DNA of 34,527 nucleotides from an uncultured delta proteobacterium (GCA_963847445.1 CAWJZV010000032.1:1-34527); one strand, 5' to 3'. Numbered from the stretch's first letter, positions 1 to 9,342 are shown. A program made the numbers and translations. The notes: generated from the letters alone by a model not told the origin.

Positions 1-575
1 TTTTTTTGGCCAAGTTTGGCAGCCTTGGCACCACATTGGCGGCCGAAGCGGTTTGCCAGCCGAGCGCGGCCCATATCGATCCCGAAACCGGCCAATCTGA
101 GAAGTGCACGGAGTACTGGTTCCCGTCGGCGACCGCTGCCGAGGTCGAGGTTGACACCGAGACCGGGCAGGTAAAAGTGCTTCAACTGGTGAGCGTCGGC
201 GACACTGGGACGTCGATCAACCCGCGCCACTGCGAGCAGCAACTGCAAGGAGCTGCGCTCATGCACCTGGGCCTCACCATGTTCGAGGAGATGATTTTCG
301 AAGACGGACAGCTGGTCAATGGTTCACTGCTCGATTACCAAATCGCGTCGATCAAAGATATGCCGGTAGCGGTCCGTCCGGTGGTAATTGAGGTGCCTCA
401 TGAGGACGGACCGTTCGGCGCCAAAGGGGCCGGTGAGACCGGTGCCCTAACGGTAGCGCCGGCTATCGCCAACGCGATCCACGACGCCGTCGGTGTGCGC
501 ATTCGCGATTTGCCGATCACAGCGGAACGGGTGTTAAGAGCGTTGGTAGAAAAAGATCAAGCGGCGCGGGGTTAA
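1..575 (+). CDS. Xanthine dehydrogenase/CoxL-family molybdopterin-binding subunit, C-terminal part (5' truncated by window)
   Basis: Motifs AAEVEVDTETGQVKV, INP..CEQQLQG, SLLDY and GPFGAKGAGE...APAIANAI.DAVG.RI..LPIT.ERV are typical of this family's C-terminus. Confidence 0.92.
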   Translation, partial: FLAKFGSLGTTLAAEAVCQPSAAHIDPETGQSEKCTEYWFPSATAAEVEVDTETGQVKVLQLVSVGDTGTSINPRHCEQQLQGAALMHLGLTMFEEMIFEDGQLVNGSLLDYQIASIKDMPVAVRPVVIEVPHEDGPFGAKGAGETGALTVAPAIANAIHDAVGVRIRDLPITAERVLRALVEKDQAARG

Positions 576-579
576 GTTC

Positions 580-1062
580 ATGAAGCGCGAGATTGCACTG
601 AGAATCAATGAGCGCGACGAGCGCATTGCCATCGACGACGCCGACACGCTGCTCGAAGTCTTGCGCGAGCGCTTCAAGTTGTGGAGTGTGCGCGAAGGCT
701 GCGGCGTCGGCGCCTGTGGCACTTGCACGGTGTTGCTTGACGGCAAGCCGGTGAGCTCGTGTCTGCTGCTTGCTGCGCGTGCCGCCGGTTGCGACATTCT
801 CACGGTCGAAGGCTTGAGCGAAGGTGAGTCCCTGCATCCGATTCAGCAAGCTTGGGTCGAAGAGCGCGCCTTGCAATGCGCCTACTGCACGCCTGGTTTT
901 GTGCTCTCGGTCAAAGCCCTGTTCGACGAGAACACCGATCCGAGCGATGACGAGATTCGCGAATACCTTGCCGGCAACCTCTGCCGCTGCGCCGGCTATG
1001 CCGATATCCTGCGCGCGGTCCATGCGGCGCGGGTGAAGCTTAAAGCTACAGTCAATTGCTGA
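580..1062 (+). CDS. (2Fe-2S)-binding small subunit, CoxS/CutS/XdhC family
   Basis: GCGVGACGTCTVLLDG..V.SC and QCAYCTPG...GNLCRCAGY iron-sulfur motifs; starts 4 nt after the large subunit stop. Confidence 0.95.
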   Translation: MKREIALRINERDERIAIDDADTLLEVLRERFKLWSVREGCGVGACGTCTVLLDGKPVSSCLLLAARAAGCDILTVEGLSEGESLHPIQQAWVEERALQCAYCTPGFVLSVKALFDENTDPSDDEIREYLAGNLCRCAGYADILRAVHAARVKLKATVNC

Positions 1063-1349
1063 TCAGTCGTCCACTCCCGCTCGCTGCAATTCAACAATTT
1101 GAACATTTCTGTCGTTATGGGGGTCTGAAGGCAACTTACGACATTTTTGTGCCGCTGCAGAGTAATTTGTCCGTTGCGCTGCTATCGATTTGCCGTGGGT
1201 CAAAGTCACCGACGTTTAAGTCGTTAACAAAGTTAAACAATTTCTAGTGGTGGGATCTACTCAGCAAGCTTTAGCGTCGCTGGCACGCAATGTGCTGATT
1301 GACCCGAGTGAGGCTGAAGACTTAAACGAAGAATGTAGACGGCTAACCT

Positions 1350-3248
1350 ATGGTAACGAGACAGAGCGCGGATTCCAGCAACAAGAAGCGGTCTTGGAAT
1401 TTGGATTGGATTTTTGATGCCGCTAAAAAAGACACAGTCATCCGTTTGCGTTGGCCGTTGGTCATTTTTTCCTCGTATCTGCTCTACTACGCGCCAGTCG
1501 AGTGGTTTACGCCGACGCAGGTCCAAGCAATTCTGAGTCTCTATCTTCTGAGCCACGCCACACTGTATTTTTTGGCGGATGATTTCTTCGATTCGCCGTA
1601 TTTTTACGGGCCTTTGTTGATCTTCGACAGTTTGGTGTTGATCGTCGTCTTGAGTGCCAGCAGTGCGGCCACTCCCGACTTTTACATCGCCTGTATAGTT
1701 ACTCTGATCTTGAGTGTCATTTGTAACGACGCGCGCGGTCTTTTGGTCGTCACGTTCCTGGCACCGCTGCTCTACGGTTACGCGCTATTCAGCTCGTCGA
1801 CGGTCATAAAGCCGGCGCTCTTTCTCCAGTTGCCGTTTCCTTTTGTGATCTCACTCTTCTACGGCTACTTCGCTCAAGTCGGCAGAATGCGCCGATTGGC
1901 ACAGGTAAAAGAGCAAGAGGTGCGGCGCGAGCAGCGGGCCGCGGAAGAACTGCGCCGCCAGCGGGAGCGCTTGGAGGCGATGCATGAAGTCAACGTCGCC
2001 GTGACATCGACCAACGAAACTCGAAGCATTCTCACTGCGCTCTTAGAGAAAACCTTAAGCCACTTGCCCTATGCCGCGGCGCTGGTTCGGTTGCGTGATC
2101 CGCAGTCGCAGCTGGTCGAGACGGTTGCCGCCAAGGGCTTCGATACCAAAGAGCGGTTGGACGCGGATACGCTCAGCTATGTCGATGGGATCATGAAAGC
2201 CACCGAGCCATTGATCGTGCGCAACGTCTTTGCCGATGCGCGGTTCGAGAATTTGGCGTTTTTCAAGAAAGAAGGTTTGGTGTCGATCATCGGCCTGCCG
2301 CTGGTGGCCAACCACGAAACCCTCGGCTGCCTTGTCTATGGAGCCCGTGAAGAACATGGCTTTGGCGCTGAAGAAGTCGAGTTTTTAGACACGCTAGCCG
2401 GCCAAGCCGCCATGGCGATCCACCACTCGCAGTTGTACCGCCAAAGCCAACAGCAGACCGAAGCACTGCGTCATGCGCACAAGATCAAAGATGAGTTTCT
2501 CAAGGTGGTGTCAAACGAATTGAAAACGCCGCTCAGCGTGATCGCCGGTTACACCGACATGTTCAACCAGGGATTGTTGGGCCAACTGACGCCGATTCAG
2601 GAGAAGGCGATCGCAACCATTGAGCGGCAGTCGAAAGAGCTTGGCGGTCTTATCAACACGGTTCTGCGGGTGAGCGATATCGAGTCGGAGGCTCTGTGCG
2701 CCAGCGAGAATGAAATCAATCTGTGGGAATTTCTGTCCGAGCTGCGCTCGCAGTACGATACCCCTCGGGAGAAAAACGTCAAACTCATCTGGGATTATCC
2801 GGCGGATTTGCCGACCATCCAAAGTGACCGGCCCAAGCTCAAACGCATTGCCGAAAATCTGATCAACAATGCCGTCAAGTTTACCGAGCATGGCACCGTG
2901 ACGATCTCGCTGTACTATTTGGCAGCGGCCAAAATTCTTGAGCTCACGGTGGCCGATACCGGAATCGGTATGGCGAGCGAACGGCGCGGCGTGATCTTCG
3001 AGAAGTTCCGCCAGCTACACGATTCCCAACGGGTACCCCAGCATGGCGGCATCGGATTGGGACTCTACATCGTCAGGAAGTACATGGACATTCTCGGCGG
3101 TGAGATTCGCGTCGACAGCGAGCCGGGGAAGGGCTCGACGTTTACCATGCGCATCCCAATAGCGCTCTACAAACAAGCGATGCTGCACGAACAGCTTTTG
3201 CTGCCTACCGGAATCGAAACACCAAGGGTTGGTATAGAGTTAAGATAG
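1350..3248 (+). CDS. Membrane-bound GAF-domain sensor histidine kinase-like protein (H-box His replaced by Asn)
   Basis: Several N-terminal hydrophobic helices; GAF-like region (GLPLVANHETLGCL...LAGQAAMAI); H-box FLKVVSNELKTPL; N box NLINNAVKFT; G boxes DTGIG, GGIGLGL and GKGSTF. Confidence 0.9.
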   Translation: MVTRQSADSSNKKRSWNLDWIFDAAKKDTVIRLRWPLVIFSSYLLYYAPVEWFTPTQVQAILSLYLLSHATLYFLADDFFDSPYFYGPLLIFDSLVLIVVLSASSAATPDFYIACIVTLILSVICNDARGLLVVTFLAPLLYGYALFSSSTVIKPALFLQLPFPFVISLFYGYFAQVGRMRRLAQVKEQEVRREQRAAEELRRQRERLEAMHEVNVAVTSTNETRSILTALLEKTLSHLPYAAALVRLRDPQSQLVETVAAKGFDTKERLDADTLSYVDGIMKATEPLIVRNVFADARFENLAFFKKEGLVSIIGLPLVANHETLGCLVYGAREEHGFGAEEVEFLDTLAGQAAMAIHHSQLYRQSQQQTEALRHAHKIKDEFLKVVSNELKTPLSVIAGYTDMFNQGLLGQLTPIQEKAIATIERQSKELGGLINTVLRVSDIESEALCASENEINLWEFLSELRSQYDTPREKNVKLIWDYPADLPTIQSDRPKLKRIAENLINNAVKFTEHGTVTISLYYLAAAKILELTVADTGIGMASERRGVIFEKFRQLHDSQRVPQHGGIGLGLYIVRKYMDILGGEIRVDSEPGKGSTFTMRIPIALYKQAMLHEQLLLPTGIETPRVGIELR

Positions 3249-3277
3249 TTGCAGCGCCCAGAAGCGGCGCAGAATAT

Positions 3278-4108
3278 TTAGCGCGGCGTATCGGAAATCG
3301 CCCGGTTGCCACGTTTCAAATACATTTTAACCCAATGGTCGTAAAGATTGTCGGGCCGAAAGACGTCGATCCGTTTGCGGCCCTGGGCGGTCTCGACGAC
3401 AATGCTGACGGATAGCTCCTGCCAGGATACCCCGAGCAGTCGTTCGTTGCGCTGTTCAACCAATGCCCCGATGGTGCGCATGAGCTGAGATAGACCGTGA
3501 CCGTCGGCGCTACGGCTGTGGCGCCGCCGCAGTTGGCGGCGGTCGCGCTCGATCCGGTCAAGATCCTGGAACGAATAGCGTAATCGCTTGGCGGGCTGCG
3601 ACGAGGCATTGGTATAGGTCTCTTCTTGGCCGATCGCACGCGGCGCAACGCGATTCTTCCAAAGTTTTTGCAGGCGATTGCGGCTAATTCGCAGCAGCGG
3701 ATTTTGGCTCGTCGTCGGCGACTCTGGGCGCAGCCAAACCAGATAATTTTCGCTGGTGCATTCCAAATTGAATCTGTCGAGCTGAAGGTTCTCCAGATCG
3801 TGGCCAATGACGCGCAAATGGCGCGCGTAATCGCTATTGCCCATGAATCTATTGTTCTTGTGGGTATTGGGCGTCGTCGCCGGACTCTGGTCCCTGCTGA
3901 CAATCAATTTCAAGAGTCCGCGTTTGAATGGCCGCGGCGCGCGCCGAACCCCTCGCAAGATACTAAACACAGGCAATTTATAGTTGCAATTGAGGCAAAA
4001 GTTAGTCACCGCGACTCGGACGGCTTTGGGCAACCGCTTTGAGATGGAGAAGCCGAGATAGTAACCGCACTTGGGACAAGACCGGGCACGATAGTTAGAC
4101 ATCAACAT
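3278..4108 (-). CDS. Hypothetical protein with N-terminal Zn-ribbon-like CxxC...CxxC and an internally duplicated domain
   Basis: 276-aa ORF; CPKC and CLNC; similar segments YARHLRVIGHDLE and LSQLMRTIGALVE. Confidence 0.7.
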   Translation of the reverse strand: MLMSNYRARSCPKCGYYLGFSISKRLPKAVRVAVTNFCLNCNYKLPVFSILRGVRRAPRPFKRGLLKLIVSRDQSPATTPNTHKNNRFMGNSDYARHLRVIGHDLENLQLDRFNLECTSENYLVWLRPESPTTSQNPLLRISRNRLQKLWKNRVAPRAIGQEETYTNASSQPAKRLRYSFQDLDRIERDRRQLRRRHSRSADGHGLSQLMRTIGALVEQRNERLLGVSWQELSVSIVVETAQGRKRIDVFRPDNLYDHWVKMYLKRGNRAISDTPR

Positions 4109-4388
4109 ATTCTTTTCGGTGTCGGTTTTTATTCGTATCGTCGGCGAAAGTCAACAAATCAGCGCGGCTTTACCGCTAGAATCGAGGCGCGCTTTTGTTC
4201 TCACGCATTTGGGTGGTCTAATTTCTCACGCTGTCATGGTTTGGCTACAATTGCGACGAATCTGCTGGGACTCAATGCCAAGAGGTTTTTTTCCGGGTTA
4301 AAATAATTAAGCCGTTCAAGCCGTTAAAACGGTTTAGCCGTCAAAGATGCCAAAGCTGAAAGACTGCTCCTGGCTTTGCTCGTTGTCG

Positions 4389-5693
4389 TCAAACTTCGGT
4401 CGGTTTGTCAGCCTTGCTCTCCAACGACGCCAGCGCTTTTTCCATCAATGCAATGCGCCAGCGCCGTTCTTCCTCGGCGGGCAGCTCCGGCTGGCCGACG
4501 GGATAATGAAACTTATTACCGCCGACGATTCTGCCGACGCCAACTTGCGCGGCGACGTTGGCTAGGCAGGTGATGAGCACCACCGGGATTCCTTGTTTTT
4601 CAATTTCTTTGGCGATCGTAGCGCCGCTACGCGTGCCGGTGCCTCACGTCGCAGTTAAGATGACTGCGTTGACACCGGAGTTCGCCAGTTCCCCGGCGAT
4701 GCCGGCACCGAGCTCAGCCATCTTGCTCGGCATCGCGCCGGTGCCGGTGGTGACGAAATAGCGCTCGTGAAGTTTCTTGAAGCGTTGGGCCTTCTCCAGC
4801 TCGCGCATTGCATCCAGCGGCAGAATGCGGTCGGGATCTTGATCCACCATCGAGGTGTCGTAGCCGGTATGCATGGCTGCGAATTCGCCGCACTTCAAAT
4901 CGTCCAGCCCGGCCAGCGAATATTTGAAATAACGCGAGCCGCGCGAGCTTTCGAGCCGATCCGGATTACCCTTGGGCACGAGACCGCCTTCGGTGACGAG
5001 AGCCACTGTGGCGTCCTTCAAGCTGCCGGTTAGATTGGGAATCGCGTGCTTCGCGGTGGCTATGACCGGAATCTCGCTTTCGTAGGTTTCGCCGTTAAGC
5101 TTGGCGAGCAAGAGATCGACGGCGCGGACATAATCCGGCTTGCCGGTTCTGACGGTAAAGCGGCGTGCAATCGGCAAGCAATGCTCGGCGCGAAAGGCTT
5201 CCGCGGCCGCGGGGTCTTGCGCTATCAATAGTTCAAGCAGCGCGGAAAAGCGTTTTGCCACTTCAGCCATGGACGCCGTGGAGGCGCCGGTTTGCACGAC
5301 GAATACTTGGCGGCCGATCTCCTGTGTGCCCGGATTGTTTTCATGCATGCCGGTGATTGCCGGAATGCGCCAGTTATCGCGCACCCAGCTGCACGCCTTG
5401 GCGCAGGCGATACCGTAGCGGCCGGCGTTGAAGGCTGGGCCGGCGAGGAAGAAATCGGGCTGAAACTGGTCGACGGCGTTGCGCATCGCTTGCAGCGCTT
5501 TCTCTTCCTGTTCATGAAAGTAGTTGTCGCCGCAGGCCAGCGTTGCATACTCGACGCCGTGCTGCTGCAAGCTCTTTGCGATTTCAACTCCGATACCGAC
5601 CGCCTGCGGTAAAAATATAACTTCCTGTCCGGCCTTCTCTTCGCCGCCGATACCGGCGAAAAACTGATTCAGATAATGGAGCACTTTGATCAT
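4389..5693 (-). CDS. grdB: Glycine/sarcosine/betaine reductase family selenoprotein B (GrdB-like), Sec at codon 350, 434 aa
   Basis: N-terminus MIKVLHYLNQFFAGIGGEEKA with GGAGGAG RBS; AGPAFNAGRYG motif. In-frame TGA at 4646-4644 reads through as ILTAT-U-GTGTRSGATIAKEIEKQGIPVV, joining track ORFs 4644..5750 and 4389..4583 in one frame. Confidence 0.9.
4611..4643 (-). promoter_or_regulatory. Putative bacterial SECIS hairpin
   Basis: mRNA after the UGA reads GGCACC GGC ACG CGUAGC GGC GCUACG AUC GCC: a perfect 6-bp upper stem, a G-starting loop 18 nt after the UGA and a GGC/GCC lower stem. Confidence 0.75.
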
Positions 5694-5734
5694 CTGATGC
5701 CTCCTCCAGGAATGGTGCAAGATTTGGGAACATT

Positions 5735-5818
5735 CACCGCGGAGACGCAAAGGACGCAGAGAAATGTATTGTTGATAGATGTTGCTCCTAGCTCCGCGTC
5801 CTCTGTGCCTCTGTGGTG
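5735..5818. repeat. Imperfect 27-bp inverted repeat built from ~9-mer units
   Basis: CACCGCGGAGACGCAAAGGACGCAGAG (5735-5761) versus CTCCGCGTCCTCTGTGCCTCTGTGGTG (5792-5818); 21/27 complementary. Confidence 0.8.
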
Positions 5819-5843
5819 CAATTCTTCTCGCAATTCAGTGGCC

Positions 5844-7130
5844 TTATGTTTCGTATGCCGCGCGAAAACCGCTCATGCCCATCTTGCTATAGGAACCGAA
5901 GAAAATCGTCGGGTCGAAGAGAAAAGGTTCACGCGCGTCATGGCGCGCTTTCAAGTGGAGGTCGATCTCAGGCCCGCCGATGACGCTGGTGAGCGGCGGA
6001 ATATAAATTTTCTCCGATACGTTGCCGCGGCTGATCATGCCATCGGCCTCTTCTGGATGATCGACCAGCGGCCGCTCGTAGCCCTTGGGGCCATTGGATT
6101 CATGCAACACTGCGGCGGTCTTGATGCCTTCATCTTCGCATGCCTTGACGGTCTGCATGAAATCGACGGTGCCGTTGCCGGTGCCTTCCATGAAAGCCAG
6201 CGCGCCGTCAGCGTCCAAATTTTTTGCCAGCCGCGCCACCCACAGGCCCATTTTCTTTTTCTGCTCGAAGCTGTCGTTATACCCGCGAGAAAGAATCACG
6301 CCGCGAAAGTTAACGCTCTTGCCGTGGCGGTTGAGCAATTCCCATATAAACGGATTGTCGCAGTGGAGCGAGGTCGGCAGCTTGCGCTCGCTCTTAAAGT
6401 TGCCGCTGACCAGCGCGCCGTCGAAAAATTCCGCCGGATGGACGAATGTCGGCAGCGTCCGTGAGATTTCTTCGCCATAGTAAAATGTCCGGGCGCAGCG
6501 CACTTGGCTTTGCACTTGGTAGATCAAGACCACTTTGGGCAGACTCGCGTCTACCGATGTGAGCGCAACCCTGTGGTGCTGGGGCGCGGCGTGGTGCTTC
6601 TCCGCTTGGGCAATAAAGCGCGCGCAGCGCAGCGCCATGAGCCGGAGCGCGTGATCGAAGCCGGCGTTGGAGACCGAAGCATCGGGAGTGAGCGACAGCA
6701 CCAGATGAAAACAATCCGAGCCGTAGGAATAAGGTGCGCCGACGCCGCTCATGTCGAGAATGCCCTCGCGCTGTTTCTCGATGGGGGTCAGTTCGTCGGC
6801 ATGAGGGAAGCGGCCGGCGACGGTGATGAGCAGGTTGCGAATTCGCACTGTCTGTCCCGTTCCCACGAGAGCTGCGGGACCGTCGAATCCTGGAAAAGTC
6901 GAGCCGCCACCGGAGACTTTGGCGATCGGCAGGACCGTGTCGAGCACATGGACGATGCGCTTGGCTTCGCCGGGACGAGCGAGTTCGAAATCAACCCCGA
7001 TGCCGTGACCAAGGTCGTCGATTTGCTTTTCAAGCTCGGCCCGGCAGAGCGACAGGGCGGCACCGTCAAGCCGCGTGCGCTCGCCCCATCCGAGTTCTCC
7101 GATTGAATAATCGAGCAGCTCCAGTTCCAT
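5844..7130 (-). CDS. grdE: Glycine/sarcosine/betaine reductase component B proprotein (GrdE/PrdA-like)
   Basis: Start MELELL after a GAAAGGA RBS; ARPGE.KRIVHVLD, GILDMSGVGAPYS, HPAEFFDGALVSGN, ELLNRHGKSVNFRGVI, LDADGA...EGTGN..VD motifs; directly upstream of the grdB-like gene. Confidence 0.85.
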   Translation of the reverse strand: MELELLDYSIGELGWGERTRLDGAALSLCRAELEKQIDDLGHGIGVDFELARPGEAKRIVHVLDTVLPIAKVSGGGSTFPGFDGPAALVGTGQTVRIRNLLITVAGRFPHADELTPIEKQREGILDMSGVGAPYSYGSDCFHLVLSLTPDASVSNAGFDHALRLMALRCARFIAQAEKHHAAPQHHRVALTSVDASLPKVVLIYQVQSQVRCARTFYYGEEISRTLPTFVHPAEFFDGALVSGNFKSERKLPTSLHCDNPFIWELLNRHGKSVNFRGVILSRGYNDSFEQKKKMGLWVARLAKNLDADGALAFMEGTGNGTVDFMQTVKACEDEGIKTAAVLHESNGPKGYERPLVDHPEEADGMISRGNVSEKIYIPPLTSVIGGPEIDLHLKARHDAREPFLFDPTIFFGSYSKMGMSGFRAAYET

Positions 7131-7243
7131 CGCGCGATCCTTTCGACAAACGGCACGCTCAATGTTTATCGCGGCAGTAAGCTTGGTGTCAATGAAGTTC
7201 GAATCACCCCGATGCGGGTGCCGCACTGGAAGCAGGGTATTTC

Positions 7244-7640
7244 TTAAAATCGCGCGTTGACCCACTTTGCGACGTAGTCGAAAAAGTTTTTCACCGAATT
7301 GGAATAGTGCCCCTTAGATTCATCGCACTCGGTGCATGGCGTGATGCCGTGGGTGGCGCCTTCGACGGTGATGAAGTCCTTGCCTTTGCTTTTGGCGACT
7401 TCGTAGTGGATCTCATTGTCGCGGATAAAGTAGTGGCCGCCCATGGCGCCAAACAGGACCGGGACGGAAATGCTTTACAGCGCGCAGACGGTGGAGTAGT
7501 TGTCCGAGCGCGGATCTAAGCACGGCACCATGTAGCCGCGCTTGGCGAGCTCAGTGCATGCAAGACTGCCCATAACGTTGCCCGTGCGATGCACGACCAA
7601 GATGCCCAAACGGGCGGCCGGCAACGGCGAAAAAATGTTG
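7244..7640 (-). pseudogene. Alpha/beta-hydrolase-like pseudogene with in-frame stop and probable internal deletion
   Basis: One frame reads GILVVHRTGNVMGSLACTELAKRGYMVPCLDPRSDNYSTVCAL*SISVPVLFGAMGGHYF...VEGATHG...WVNARF; TAA at 7477-7475; no clear start codon; too short for a hydrolase fold. Confidence 0.6.
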
Positions 7641-7732
7641 CCTATACGCACCGCGAAGCAATAGCTGCTTGGTCAGTAACCTTGCTGCGGCCGAAGCATG
7701 AGTCGGCTCTTAGCAAAAGTTAGGGGAAAAAT

Positions 7733-7790
7733 GGAGCGCGGGCTTTCTAGCCCGTGTTTCTGAGTTTGCGGACAGGAATGTCCGCGCTCC
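7733..7790. repeat. REP-like doublet (GGAG-type) in inverted orientation
   Basis: GGAGCGCGGGCTTTCTAGCCCG ... GCGGACAGGAATGTCCGCGCTCC; each unit is a GGAG tetranucleotide plus a short palindrome. Confidence 0.65.
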
Positions 7791-7857
7791 TTTTTAGCGC
7801 AATTCGGCGCTGGAGCGGAAGGTGTCGCAGCAACAATGTGATTTCGTCGAGGGTCGG

Positions 7858-9342
7858 CTACTGCTCCGGCGATGCCGGGAAAATCAGCGACTTGATGACC
7901 ACCGGCGCGGCGCCGGAGGACGGAATGAGCGCGCCGACGTCGATGAAGTCGAAGTCGCTAAGCGCGATGCCGTCGATGGAAATGATCGCGCTGTCCAGCT
8001 TCAGCTCTTCCTGGCAGTGCAGGCCGATGATGCCGCCGATGTCGCCGTCGTTGACTAAAACGAGTGGATGGCCTTTGGCGAGAATGTCTTTGAGACCTTC
8101 GGCCACGCCGCTGCAAAACGCTTGCAGGCGAAAAAATGTCGCTGAGCCGTCCCAATGAAAGGCCACGGCCACCGGCTGGCGGCCGTGCAGCATATCGAGG
8201 CGGCGCAGCGCGCTGAGTAATGCGTCGCGCACCGCATCCTTGCTGAATTCCTCCTGAGCGAGAGGGAACTCCGGCGCGACCACGGCGATGTTGCGCACTG
8301 GCACCGCGTCGTCCGGCATGATGAAGATGGTGTTGCCGCTCACTTGCACGGTGTACTGGGAGGCGCCGATGACGGTGGCGCGGATGCGCGCGTTGGGTTC
8401 CATCATGAACAGGCCCAAGTTGCCGGCGCGTTTGCGCACTTCGTCGGCGATCAACGGCCCCAGGTCGCCGAAGCTGGTCTTGGCGCGATTGTAGATAAAT
8501 TCCGAGACTCCGCCGGAAAACATCACGCAATCGATCTCGCCGGTGTAGCTTAGCGGCGGCAAGCGCAAAAGGTTTTTGACGTCGTCGTCGATGTCGGCTG
8601 GTTTCAACATGGCGAACAGCTTGTCGACCATGCCGGAAACCATTTTGCGTAAATTCTCTTCGGCGATTTTCTCGCCCATGGCCACCGAGAAGCCGGCCCA
8701 GCCAGCGTGTTTGCGGGCGGCTTCTTCGATGCGCACGACGGCGCCGTCTTTGTCGAAGGCGAGCAGGCGGGCGCCGATGTCGATGGCCGAGACTTCCTGG
8801 ACTTTGCCGTTGTTGCAGACGGCGAACTTGCTGGTGCCGCCGCCGATGTCGATGTTCAAAACCACGCCGCCCATTTTTGCCGAGTGGGCCACGGCGCCCG
8901 AGCCGTGGGCGGCCATGGTCGCTTCAAGACCGTCGCCGGCGCTGACCGCGACGAACTTACCGGCTTCTTGAGCGAACAGTTCGCCGATGGCGCGGGCATT
9001 GCGCCGGCGCACGGCGACGCCGGTAAGGATCAACGCGCCGGTGTCGACTTGTTCGCGGCCAATTTTGGCGATCTTATATTGGTCGTTGATAAACTTGCCC
9101 AGGGCTTCGACATCGATTCTTGTGTCATCGACGTAGGGCGTCAGGAGGATTTGCGATTCGTTGATCACTTCGCGCTTGGTCACCCGGTAGCGCGATCCTT
9201 CGAGGGTTAGTTCGAGGCGCGAAAAAACCAGATGGGATGTCGACGATCCAATGTCGACGCCGACGCTGGTGAGCTTGAGGTTTTCCTCGTCTTGCATGTG
9301 GCGGTTGGCATTGGAAAACGAACCTCTAGGTGCGGTGGCCAT
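7858..9342 (-). CDS. eutA: EutA-like (ethanolamine ammonia-lyase reactivase family) actin-fold ATPase
   Basis: SVGVDIGSSTSHLVFSRL, GALILTG, FVAVSAG..LEA.MAAHGSGA, NIDIGGGTSK, FSGGV and IRATVIGASQYTVQVSGNTI motifs; AGGA upstream of ATG 9342. Confidence 0.88.
   Translation of the reverse strand: MATAPRGSFSNANRHMQDEENLKLTSVGVDIGSSTSHLVFSRLELTLEGSRYRVTKREVINESQILLTPYVDDTRIDVEALGKFINDQYKIAKIGREQVDTGALILTGVAVRRRNARAIGELFAQEAGKFVAVSAGDGLEATMAAHGSGAVAHSAKMGGVVLNIDIGGGTSKFAVCNNGKVQEVSAIDIGARLLAFDKDGAVVRIEEAARKHAGWAGFSVAMGEKIAEENLRKMVSGMVDKLFAMLKPADIDDDVKNLLRLPPLSYTGEIDCVMFSGGVSEFIYNRAKTSFGDLGPLIADEVRKRAGNLGLFMMEPNARIRATVIGASQYTVQVSGNTIFIMPDDAVPVRNIAVVAPEFPLAQEEFSKDAVRDALLSALRRLDMLHGRQPVAVAFHWDGSATFFRLQAFCSGVAEGLKDILAKGHPLVLVNDGDIGGIIGLHCQEELKLDSAIISIDGIALSDFDFIDVGALIPSSGAAPVVIKSLIFPASPEQ

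Noticed and set aside
1063-1349. Possible c-di-GMP riboswitch or sRNA upstream of the kinase
   Set aside because: Only a GGGTCT..AG-like fragment is present; the GCAAA/GNRA P2 elements are missing. More likely AT-rich promoter DNA.
4644-4646. TGA as a true stop or nonsense mutation splitting two genes
   Set aside because: GrdB homology continues in frame, the codon sits at the Sec position and a SECIS-like hairpin follows.
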